From the NCBI GenBank assembly GCA_027923505.1, contig BROI01000001.1, positions 124,001 through 188,000 of the forward strand: a stretch of DNA of 64,000 nucleotides. The letters run 5' to 3'. The notes under the pieces are model-generated. The model ran no database searches. It was not told the DNA's origin and saw nothing but the letters and a program-made list of their open reading frames with translations. A program made the translations under genes and the position numbers. Shown one piece after another: positions 1 through 10,127 of the stretch (positions are counted from its first letter, which is position 1; each line of letters opens with the position of its first letter). This DNA comes from Mayamaea pseudoterrestris. Its lineage: Eukaryota.

Positions 1-243
1 AGGGCCAATCACACGGCGGCGAGTTCCGCGGCGGGTGGCGGTTTGGGAAACCAAACGACGAGTAGTCGCATGACGAACGAAACGTCGTCGGTGATTGGAC
101 TAAACTTCTTGTCGGATTTGGAGGAGCCGTCGCAGCCGCAACGAAAATTGTTTGGAGGAGCTCCACAACCGCAGGCGGAAGACGATGAAGATGACGCGAG
201 TGCGGCATGGCGACCGGGGGCCAAGTGGTTTGGTGTAAAGTAG
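1..243 (+). CDS. 3' end of a gene truncated by the window edge, unknown product
   Basis: Frame 1 is open from base 1 to TAG at 241-243 (...EDDEDDASAAWRPGAKWFGVK*) and converges on the next gene. Confidence 0.5.
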   Translation, partial: RANHTAASSAAGGGLGNQTTSSRMTNETSSVIGLNFLSDLEEPSQPQRKLFGGAPQPQAEDDEDDASAAWRPGAKWFGVK

Positions 244-403
244 TTTCAATGTAGCTTGAGCCGTAGAGGATTGTCGGTGGAAGATGCGACTCGCTAAGGA
301 GTGAGACATGCAGGAGAATTCTGACGTTTGCTTGCTCGGTCCGCCTGTAGGCATGTAAAGTATCATACACATTTAATAAAGACTTTTTCCACGAGTAAAT
401 TAT

Positions 404-1627
404 CTATCCATCGATGCTGCTGCTGTCGTCACTATTATCGTCGCTGTCGTCACCTTTCTCGCTGCCAGCGTTAATTTCATCACTGCCGCTGCCATCACTC
501 TCGTCGCTGCTAGCGTCCGATTCGCTAGGAGGATACTCATTCCCGGCGGCAACAATTTCGTCGTCGTCATTGTAAATACAGTACCCATCGTCTGCATCCG
601 ACAACCACGAACCATAGACTGTGCAGGGAAATCCTGGAAGGAGAGCCTGGGCGGCTTCCTCAATTTGATTCGGGACCGGCGTGTGGACGAAGAAAGTTTC
701 CGCATTCACGTCGTCACTCGTCACAAGGCGCGATGGAGGAGCATGCATTCGCAACAGATGTTTGGTCAAGGGCATGCCATGGCCCCGAAAGTTTCGCGGA
801 GCATCATCGAGATCCTCCAATGGCGCCATAGCACAATACATCAATCTGCGACACGCTGGGGTAAGGATCAAACCAATGAGTTTGACAGTACCCGTCCAAA
901 CACGCTCAAAAATGTCGTGGTCAAGCTTTGAGATCCCAGCAGATAATGATAGTTCCAGAATGATCTTGTCTCGTACCTCCGAATCAATCAATGAGTTTGC
1001 AATGGCAGCATCCACGTCAGTAGGAGTCTGGAACAAGAGCGGATGCCCAAAATCTTCGCACGCCTTTTCGTCTTGCCACTGCAAGTCCGCTAAGCAAACG
1101 ACTGGATAAAACATGTCGCCGCGCGCGCGTTCCTGTAACGCGCGGGTGTCGAAGGCTCGTTTGAGATATTTCGTAACAGAAATACTTACAATCTCCAAGA
1201 TTGTGTACAGGGTGTCGCCGCGAATCTCGAACCGATGCTCTCGCCGCTCCACTCCCGAGAGAGGGTCGTGATAGTTACGGGCGATGATTGCTTGGATTAT
1301 TTCGCTCCATTTTTGGCAAGGAAAGTTGCCTTGAAAAACTTCCAAGAAAGGAATTTCGCTAATACTATCCAAAGACCGCTTAAAGAGAATTTTGCGAAGA
1401 TTGTGACAAATCATTCGGTGCATGCGAATGCTGTCAAAACGAGGGTCCATGGGAAAGTCATGTCCAAGAGGCAAAAAGCTCCAATGTGCATCATGCGCCA
1501 AAAATTCTCGAAAATGTCGATTTGTAAGTTCCAGCGCAAGTGGCCCCGTAACATCAAGAAATCCTAAGATGCGACGAAGAACATTGGCGTCAAAGTCAAG
1601 AACGCTCGGCCGAGTTTGCGGGTCCAT
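404..1627 (-). CDS. F-box protein with putative degenerate histone H3-like and H4-like folds and an acidic tail
   Basis: 407 aa ORF. N-terminus [16 protein letters not shown]...LELTNRHFR...W fits the F-box pattern. Segments resemble H3 (aa ~75-185) and H4 (aa ~214-340). D/S-rich C-terminus. Confidence 0.65.
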   Translation of the reverse strand: [407 protein letters not shown]

Positions 1628-2328
1628 TATGCTGCGCGTGAAATTTTCTACCGGATCGTCTCGGTCTCTTAAACGCTAATAATCTGCAGATAGAAAAAGG
1701 CCATTCCTGTAAGAATAGGGTGATTGTCTGGTTCGCTGCCCCGCTATTTGCATTTTTGAAATTGCGTAGTCTCGCCCACTCAGTCGTCTTGTCATTCTTC
1801 CGTTTCTTCCTCCATTCTGTTAAAATTGTCGACTGCAGGCAGCAGCGTGCACTACATAAATTACCTTTCTAAGTGACAAGTAGGCAAGAGTCGTCTTTGC
1901 GTGTCAACATGCAGCAATGAGGATTCTTCCGCGCGGTGAAGACGAATGCGATAAGCGACGCATCCAGAGCCACTGCGATGCGATCTTACCAGCCCAACTC
2001 GTAAAGTGGCGTCTGTGCTAAGAGGCTAGCTACTGGATCGAGGCCAACAGATCCAGGTTAGCAAATATGAGCTAACTTTCAGCATGCTACTTGATAAAAT
2101 AGTAGAACCTCAATGTAAATACCTCATATAAGTTGAAAAGGGGTTACTGTTGCTGGGATAACAGCAAGGCAAAGGATATGATCCGCATTTTCTCGTCATA
2201 AGTAGCAAGAGCGATCCTTTCGTGTCGTCAACTTCGCGCACATACTCTTAACAATGATGTAATACAGACTACTCACTACTCCACATGGATCATCCATGTC
2301 GCCGCCACCACGGTCCATTATGCTTTTT

Positions 2329-3033
2329 TTATTCGCCGCCAAACATCCACACCAAAATGCCTCCAAACAAACGCAAAGGTGCCGCCGACTGCGTTGACCA
2401 TCCTCGTAGCAAGTTTGCTTGGCCTTCTGATGATAAGAGAGCTGATGTCGCCTTATTCCCACGCCGCTTGGTAGTAGCATCATCACTCTTACGCGCCACA
2501 CCCGTCGCCGATGTACAATTGACAGCCTTGATGGACTTCAATTCAAGCCATACCTTTCCAGCAACTCCTTCCGCCCAGATTGCCATAGTTCCCATGTTTT
2601 CGAGTGCATCATTGTCGGGGCAGTAGCGCGAGTCTTCCTGGCATGTATGAATCGGATCGCCAGTGGCGTCATCCCAAAAGTCGGTGAACGAGTCAAAGGG
2701 CAAGATCAAATCACCAAAATCACCCACTGGAACGTTGCATAGAGTCGTCTTGTAGCCATAGGCAAAGTGCTTTCCACCCGGCGCATGCGCATTGCCAAAA
2801 CTGAACCGAAATCCATTATATGCAGCCGTTTCATTGTTGGTTCGAAGCGTCAACTGAATCGCTTGACATGATGAAACGTCTGGAAATGGCTTGCTGAAAT
2901 CCTCAACGACGCGCGCTTGAATGAATCCAGGTGCTCGCAGGAACCATACGTGTTCCACGCTTCCCTCAAACACTGCCGTTCCCGACCACCTCCCACGGCC
3001 AAAGGATTTGCCGCCCATGACTGGGTCGTTCAC
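2329..3033 (-). pseudogene. Second CIA30-like domain copy, in frame with 3067..3864 but cut off by one TGA and a scrambled junction
   Basis: Near-identical to the upstream copy (NDPVMGGKS, RAPGFIQAR, GYKTTL). No ATG start. Ends in a hydrophobic tail (LRLFGGILVWMF). Confidence 0.55.
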
Positions 3034-3776
3034 TCTCGCGCAACTCGGGATGCGGATGCGATAAATTCAAAATGATGCATCGTCATTGTCATTGCTACCA
3101 TCCGAGTGTGAGTGTTCGTTGGAAGTCTTGCTCTTTTTCGATGTACAATTGACAGCCTTGATGGACTTCAACTCTAGCCATACCTTTCCACCAACTCCTT
3201 CCGCCCAGATTGCCATGGTTCCCATGTTTTCAAGTGTATCGTTGTCGGGACAGTAGCGCGAGTCTTCCTGACATGTATGAATCGGATCGCCTGTCGCGTC
3301 ATCCCAAAAATCAGTAAACGCATCAAACGGCAAGATCAAATCACCAAAGTCGTCCACTGGAACGTTGCATAGAGTCGTCTTGTAGCCATAGGCAAAGTGC
3401 TTGCCACCTGGCGCATGCGCATTGCCAAAACTGAACCGATAGCCATTGTATGGAGCCGTGGCATTGTTGGTTCGAAGCGTCAACTGAATCGCTTGACATG
3501 ATGAAACGTCTGGAAACGGCTCGCTGGAATCCTCCACGACGCGCGCCTGAATGAATCCAGGTGCTCGCAGAAACCATACGTTTTCCACGCTTCCCTCAAA
3601 CACTGCCGTTCCCGACAACTCTTTCACTTGAAAGGTGCCAGTGGATTTGCCGCCCATGACGGGGTCGTTCATTTCGCGCCACTCGTGATGCGGATGCGAA
3701 AAATCCTCCAGCGTAATGCTATCGTCATTGTCATTGCTACCCTCCGAGTGTGAGTGTTCGTTGGAAGTCTTGCTCT
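2509..3776. repeat. Direct tandem duplication of ~630-640 bp (two CIA30-domain units)
   Basis: ATGTACAATTGACAGCCTTGATGGACTTCAA occurs at 2511 and 3141. The linker CGTCATTGTCATTGCTACC occurs at 3081 and 3723. Confidence 0.95.
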
Positions 3777-3864
3777 TGTCATGTTTATGGGCGACAACTT
3801 GATCCTGGTGGATTGAGCAGAAGCACGTGACAATGCTGATGAAAACTGATGCGAAAACCTTCAT
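3067..3864 (-). CDS. Secreted CIA30 (NDUFAF1-like) domain protein
   Basis: ATG at 3864 gives the signal peptide MKVFASVFISIVTCFC. W..MNDPVMGGKS is the CIA30 family signature. Confidence 0.75.
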   Translation of the reverse strand: MKVFASVFISIVTCFCSIHQDQVVAHKHDKSKTSNEHSHSEGSNDNDDSITLEDFSHPHHEWREMNDPVMGGKSTGTFQVKELSGTAVFEGSVENVWFLRAPGFIQARVVEDSSEPFPDVSSCQAIQLTLRTNNATAPYNGYRFSFGNAHAPGGKHFAYGYKTTLCNVPVDDFGDLILPFDAFTDFWDDATGDPIHTCQEDSRYCPDNDTLENMGTMAIWAEGVGGKVWLELKSIKAVNCTSKKSKTSNEHSHSDGSNDNDDASF

Positions 3865-4087
3865 TGTAAATAAGTATATACAATTGTAACTGTGGACGCA
3901 CAAATGTAACTTCAAGCCTTGTTCGATTCTCTGCCGTTTGACTTTGGCTTGGGATCCCTTGAACACTTTGGATCTCGTCAAAATAATATGGATGGGCGAA
4001 GAAAATGATAGTTGTCGGAGCGGTTCTAAATGAGTCGTGCGTACGATTGCTAGGCTCTCACTCGTTCGTCACACTCTTTCTTCCACC

Positions 4088-5078
4088 ATGGCGCGTTTTT
4101 CCGCCTTGCTTTTGCTGCTTGCAGCTAAGAACTGACTCTGAATCCTTTAATTTGAGCTAAATGCACGTCGTCAATGTCGCAGAAAAGCATGCAACGAGAT
4201 CAATGATATCGTGAACTTGATCCGATTAACAAGCCCGCTGCAACAACGATGACTTATATTTGTAAGCTTCTTAGATGCGTAATGCAGTCAACAATCAACG
4301 AGGCGGTCGACGTCGTGAATTGCCTCAGCACAGCTCGGCCACGATTGGAGAGATATTGGAACGAAACCAACTAGTTTCGCGCCATTTCCGGCACAGTCAA
4401 AGTATGCTTTAAATGCTGTTCGACTATCCATAGCCATCCAGAATTGTTACAGTGACAATCATTACAACGATGACTGCAGCAAACGTTTTCGTGGCAACGA
4501 TCAATCCGACAGTCGGTCACTTCAACGCGAGGTGTGTATCACTTTAACCACACGATATACATATACAAGCGACGTACCCGAACTATGATGACGTTTTGCT
4601 GACGTCAAAAGTTTGACGCCTATGCAGTTTCGTCTTGGACGGAACAAGTGACGCCGAAGAGGAGGCGGTTTCCTATCAAGATAAACTGCAAAATTTAGTT
4701 TCCAGCAAAGTCTTGCCAGTCAATCAACAAAATGGACTACCAGTTTTCGATTTGGCGCTCATTGGCGTTGGTGACGATGGTCACATTGGATCGCTCTATC
4801 CAAACCAGCCGCAAGTGTTGGCGGATGAAACTGCATGGGTACTGCCAGTATCAATCAAGCAACCACCCAGCATTACGTTGAGTCTACCCGTCATGGCCGC
4901 CGCCAAGCAAGTCGTTGTGGCAGCCTGCGGCGTTTCGGAAAAGTATCCGCGCGGCAAGGCGGACGGTATGCGCCGCGCCATTTTGGAAAAGAGTGAAACC
5001 CCATGGAGCTTTCCGGCCGTGAGTTTGCGCCAAGTGGCAACGTGGATTTTGGATGAGGCGGCAGCGTCCAAGTTGTAA
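4088..5078 (+). pseudogene. PGLS: 6-phosphogluconolactonase with intact 3' half (4635-5078) and disrupted 5' half
   Basis: FDLALIGVGDDGHIGSLYP, PPSITLSLPV and WILDEAAASKL are 6PGL motifs. The upstream ATG at 4088 encodes a signal-like MARFSALLLLLAA and then stops. I could not build a continuous frame or clean splice route. Confidence 0.6.
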
Positions 5079-5274
5079 AAGAAAACAGTCATGATAGCTA
5101 CTTACGTTGCCGTAGTAACATTGTACGTACAGTTAGCTGGAAGGAGTAGCTAAGACGGGAAATCGACGCGACGAACGGTGATTGCGACATGCAAAACGTC
5201 ACACCACCACTCATCTTGGCGCGCCCGCGCCCGAAACCATCGTCGTCACAACTCCAACCTTCACACTTTAGACG

Positions 5275-6687
5275 ATGGACCACGACGAGGACGACTTTGC
5301 CGTGCAGCTGCTAATCGCCCAGCAGGAGAGTCTGCAAGCGATTGCTCGACAAACAAGGCGACAGCAAGAAGATGAAGAAAGCTTGGCAATGCAGCGAGCC
5401 ATTGAAGCGTCGCGACTCGAGCACGATACCCACGTCGCTCGTCAGCTGCATGATCAAGAATTGTCAGCAGCCGATCATGAGCTAGCCATGGCGTGTGAAG
5501 AAAGTAGCCAGGCTGCTCAACATTACGAGCATCAAGTCAGTCTTGCCATGGCAGCTGATCACTCTCGAAGTTTGGCGACGCAGGAGCAAAATCATGGTTC
5601 TTGGGATTGTCCCAATTGCACGCTTGTCAATGAGCCTTACCAACCATCCTGCCGGGCCTGCAATCAACGAGCACCAAGTCATGTACTAGTGTTTAAAGAG
5701 TTACCAAGCAATATAGCGTTTGGAGTTGAACTGGAAATGATGGTGACGAATGGTCTTCGCGACGGATTCACTCTGCAATCGCTCGCGCAAGACTTGACGA
5801 GACTTGGACCGGAACGCATTCTATACGAAGGCTACTCTCATGCAACCATTGCGGATTGGAAGATTGTCACGGATGGAAGCATTAGAGGAGTTAATGGTCA
5901 AAATCAAGACTTGTGCTTTGAGCTAGTTTCGCCTGTTTTGAAAGGTCACGCAGGCATTTCGCAGCTCCGACGGGTCATGGAGATTGTGAGAAAGTTGGGC
6001 ATTGCAACGAACGCCAGCTGCGGGTTTCACGTTCACGTGGATGCCGAACCAGCCTCGAGTCCGCTTGGAAACGTGGCAGCGTTGAAGCGGATCAGTAACT
6101 GCTTTGTGGCATTGGAGAATGCTTTCGACTTGTTGGTGGCACTCACGTGGGACAATCATGGCGACAATGCCGAAAGACGCGCCAATAAAAATAGTTACTG
6201 CCAGTCTAACCGCCTCGCATTTGGTGAGCAGTCGAATCAGCAACGATGGAGCAAGATTAACTCGTGCAGATCAAGGCAGGAAGTCGTTGACATGATAAAT
6301 CCTCGCTCCGATCGCTACCGCAAGCTCAACTTGACTAACATTGTGAACCGACAGCGACCTTCGACGTGCGAGTTTCGTAACCATGGTGGCGTAGTTTCCA
6401 TTCCCGAAGCGGAAGCATGGGTACGGTTGATACTGCTCTTTTGTCGAAACGCTGGCTCTGTCAGTGACGCAACATGCTTGTTGCCGGAAGGAGCTACGCC
6501 AAAGATGGAACTACAAGCTCTGTTTCGGCTAGTCGACTGTCATGGTTTGGAAGAATTTTTCGTGGTGGAGCGGCGATTGTTTGCTGATCATCGATTGTCT
6601 AACGACTGGGAGTGTCGCATTTGTCGCAAGCGCTTTGTCACGAGCCGATCTCTTGCTCAACATGCGGCAGCTTGTAGACACTACTAG
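5275..6687 (+). CDS. UIM/MIU-like + RanBP2/NZF zinc finger + amidoligase (COOH-NH2 ligase, Amidoligase_2-type) + C2H2 zinc finger protein
   Basis: Zinc fingers: WDCPNCTLVNEPYQPSCRAC and CRICRKRF..SRSLAQHAAACRH. Amidoligase motifs: FGVELEM, WKIVTDGSI, ELVSPVL, CGFHVHV, RYRKLNL, EFRNHGG. Confidence 0.85.
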   Translation: MDHDEDDFAVQLLIAQQESLQAIARQTRRQQEDEESLAMQRAIEASRLEHDTHVARQLHDQELSAADHELAMACEESSQAAQHYEHQVSLAMAADHSRSLATQEQNHGSWDCPNCTLVNEPYQPSCRACNQRAPSHVLVFKELPSNIAFGVELEMMVTNGLRDGFTLQSLAQDLTRLGPERILYEGYSHATIADWKIVTDGSIRGVNGQNQDLCFELVSPVLKGHAGISQLRRVMEIVRKLGIATNASCGFHVHVDAEPASSPLGNVAALKRISNCFVALENAFDLLVALTWDNHGDNAERRANKNSYCQSNRLAFGEQSNQQRWSKINSCRSRQEVVDMINPRSDRYRKLNLTNIVNRQRPSTCEFRNHGGVVSIPEAEAWVRLILLFCRNAGSVSDATCLLPEGATPKMELQALFRLVDCHGLEEFFVVERRLFADHRLSNDWECRICRKRFVTSRSLAQHAAACRHY

Positions 6688-7122
6688 ATCTACCGGTAGA
6701 CCCGAAAGAAATGAAAGATGGCGATGCAAGTGAAATCTTTCGCTACCGGCAAGGCCGCCATTTTGAATTGCTATGCATGCTAATGTGAACGAGGTGCAAT
6801 GTCTCGCGTCTTTTCATTGACGATTCCCAGGTACTGCCCCCTAATTGGGCAAGGCGTAATCAACGCTGGGCTATGATTGCAACGCTTCGCTGAATGAACG
6901 AAGGTCTCGACTTTGTTCGTGGACAAAAAATGATAAAGCACGTCAACTTACGTTCGCCTTGGGATTTTCGTGACTAACCAGTCGAGGTCCATCGTCGTCG
7001 CGAATCCACGCGCTGACAGAACACGGTCCGTGGAGCAATTTTGATGCACACTTTGCTCCCAGAAAGCGCACATGCACAACAACGCACAGTTTGCAATCAT
7101 TGTTGCGTCGCTACGTTGCATC

Positions 7123-8088
7123 ATGGACTCCTTTTCTTTCTTGTTGCCGGCGCCGGCGTTTCATGAGCCTGTGGAAGTATCCGATGCTTTGACGACTGCG
7201 CCAAGCGACGAAGACTTTGGGCACGAGAAGAACGAGAACCGAGACGAGGTGGAAACTGAATTTGACACTGCCACGGAGAAGGAGGCGGAAATGGCCACGA
7301 ACGATGACGCTATCGACGACAAGATTGAAGAGTCTCTGGACGACGAACCTGAACTCGAGAATCTGGACGAGCACCCGGCAGATGAACTCGAGAATCTGGA
7401 GGAGGACCCGACAGACAAGCCCGTGTCAGAGGATGCGGGAGATTTGGGCGAAGACTTTGTCGCGGTTCAAAAGAAGTCGAAGAAGTCGAAGAAGTCAAAA
7501 AAGTCTGGCAAGGACAAGTCGAAGAAGACGCAGACTCCTGTGGAAGAAATTGAATATGACGACGAGATTATGGAAAAGCCTCAAAAGAAGTCGTCTGGCA
7601 AGAGCAAGGGGAAGGAAAAGAAGGCCAAGAAGAGTAGCAAGCGCAAGTTTGACAAGATTTCGTCCGACGTAACTGACAAGGACGAGGAAGTTTCTGGCAG
7701 CAAAGTCTCGGGTCGCAAAGCTGCTAAAAATGCCAAGGCCAAGATCAAGAAGCAAACGATCGAAAAGCGCGAGCGCCCCGCCAAGAAGATGCGCATCAAA
7801 ACGTTAACGACCGCTCAAGCCAAGCGTGAGGTTACTGTCGACACTCCCGACGAAGCCATCAAAGACAAGGTCAAGGACGGCAATGTCATTGAGCGCTCGT
7901 GGGCTGGATGGAAACGCCGTAAGGTTCCGCGGCTTTCGTCGCCGGGCACGGTGGATAAGTATTGGTACACGCCCGAAATGGGCTTGGAGCTGCGCTCGCT
8001 TCAGCAGGTCAAGCTCTTTATGGACACGCTGGCCGGTAATGGAGGTGACGAGGAGGAAACTATGAAGGCAATGGGCGGTACCGTTTAG
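7123..8088 (+). CDS. Acidic/Lys-rich nuclear protein with a C-terminal MBD (methyl-CpG-binding)-like domain
   Basis: GWKRRKVPRLSS..VDKYWYTP...LRSLQQV fits the MBD consensus. Start is 7123 or 7072. Confidence 0.7.
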   Translation: MDSFSFLLPAPAFHEPVEVSDALTTAPSDEDFGHEKNENRDEVETEFDTATEKEAEMATNDDAIDDKIEESLDDEPELENLDEHPADELENLEEDPTDKPVSEDAGDLGEDFVAVQKKSKKSKKSKKSGKDKSKKTQTPVEEIEYDDEIMEKPQKKSSGKSKGKEKKAKKSSKRKFDKISSDVTDKDEEVSGSKVSGRKAAKNAKAKIKKQTIEKRERPAKKMRIKTLTTAQAKREVTVDTPDEAIKDKVKDGNVIERSWAGWKRRKVPRLSSPGTVDKYWYTPEMGLELRSLQQVKLFMDTLAGNGGDEEETMKAMGGTV

Positions 8089-8364
8089 TGTCGTGCCAAC
8101 AGTTGCTGTTTTCGAATGGCGAGACCCTTTTTAGTAAAGCCGTTGGAATCGCGTTGATTAGTCTCCAATGTTCGGCTTGTTAGTAAAGTAACTGGGCGTC
8201 TAATACAAATTGTTCAATTATTAGTTAATAGCTTTGAAGGTTTAAGATATGGGATGAAGTGCAGTGCGAGTGGATCCGGTAGCTAACAGTGAAGGCACTT
8301 GCGTAAAAATGTCGCATCGTTTTCTAAACAAAACGGGCAAGACTGAAATGACTCAGTATTCATC

Positions 8365-9876
8365 ATGATGAATGTCATAAATGACTTGGCCCCTTCGCGC
8401 GACACGACCGCCACATTTTCTTTTTGGCGTGACCATGAGATTCGAACGACCATGACCGTCTCTGGGCAACGATGTAGATGCAGATCTTTGTTTCTACTGC
8501 ATGCAATATCACTGGTACTCATAGACAAGTCATTGCTGCGAATATCAGCCAATGAAGCCTTTTGTCACGCCGATGGAACTTGCGAAACAAATGGAGATTC
8601 GGATCCGTTATCCAGTCGTCTTGATCAAGCCATGGCAGCAAAGTCTACAGCCTACGGCCTCGAGCAATATATTACACACGACTTTCGAAGAGAGCAGCAG
8701 CTTCGACTCATGGAGCAAGTCGATCAGTACATGCGCAATATTGTTTTCACAGAACTCAAGTACATTCCAATCAAAGCTGACTGCTTGAATCGCCACGATT
8801 TATGTAGCTTTTGGAGCGCCATTGGCGAATGCAAAAGCAATGAAGCTTACATGCTGCTGCAATGCGCACCGGCCTGTCAAGCATGTCACTCGTTAATCTT
8901 TGAGGAACGATGTCCGTTTGATGAGAATGACTTGTTGAACGTTTGGCAGCCTGGTGACTTGGGATCGTTCTTTCGGCGCATCACGACGGACGAATCCATT
9001 CAGCAATCCTACAATCCGCAAATACTCAGTCAGCCGGAGCGAGGTGGTGTACATGGTGATAATCCATGGATTATCATACTCGATGACTTCCTCACCCAGG
9101 AAGAATGCGAAACACTCATTGAGCAAGGCGCCATTCAAGGCTACGAGCGATCGGAAGACGTTGGCCGCAAGAGGTTTGACGGAACGTACGACTCGATTCA
9201 AAGCGAGGGACGTACAAGTACGAACGCGTGGTGCTTGAACGACTGCTACGAGCACAATGTGACTCGAGCCGTGACGCAACGAATGGAGGAGCTTACGGGT
9301 GTGCCGGAATCACACAGCGAATATCTGCAGCTGCTCAAGTACGAGCCAGGTCAATTTTATGAAATGCATCATGACTATATTCCCCATCATGTTCAACGAG
9401 CGCAAGGACCGCGGATACTGGTGAGTAACGTGTATGCCGCGAAAATGGGTTGTTTGTGACACGCTTATTCAGTGTGACTTTGCACTGCAGCGATATCTGT
9501 TTCATTGTCCCACGATCATTGCTCGTACCTTAAACAATCTTTTTTCACAGACAATATTTTTGTATTTGAATGACGTGGAGGAAGGCGGAGGCACCCGCTT
9601 CACAGACTTGGACTTGACCATCATGCCCAAGCGTGGACGAGCCGTGATTTGGCCGAGCGTATTGGACCAAGCACCGACGCTCAAGGAACCAAGGACGCAT
9701 CATGAGGCATTACCAGTCACTAAGGGCGTCAAGTATGGCGCCAATGCATGGGTACGTGACGATATAACTCTCTGTAGCTACGACTCTTGTAGTGGCTCAG
9801 CTCATCCGTTGCTTTTTTGGCTTCCCAGATCCACTTGCGCGACTTTAAAAAGCCCTACATAGACAGTTGCGTATAA
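8365..9876 (+). CDS. P4H: ShK-domain prolyl 4-hydroxylase (3 exons; introns 9421-9550 and 9752-9828)
   Basis: ShK motif C..W..IGEC..N..YM...CAPAC..C. Catalytic motifs RTST, YEPGQFYEMHHD, TIFLYLNDVEEGGGT, HEALPV..GVKY..N.W. GT-AG introns join the exons in frame to IHLRDFKKPYIDSCV*. Start uncertain. Confidence 0.9.
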
Positions 9877-10127
9877 TTATGCAAATTGTTTTCGTTAGTT
9901 TAAACCTGTAAAAGTTCGTTGTGAATCAGGGTCGTCTATTTTGTACGGTACTGTCAGCCTTAAGCAAGCGAAATCGCTCCCATCGCCTCTGTTCAGCTTA
10001 CGCAGCTTTGAAAGTAAATCGCCACTCATCTTCCCTTTCCATTGCGTCAAGGACCATCAATCTGGTTCCTCCCCAGTGTTCAGCGATGTCGCGATTCGGC
10101 ACAGCTGCGAAAACTATCCACTATCCT

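Noticed and set aside
3067..3069. In-frame TGA as selenocysteine or programmed readthrough
   Set aside because: It lies in an indel-scrambled patch and does not align to a Cys in the sister copy.
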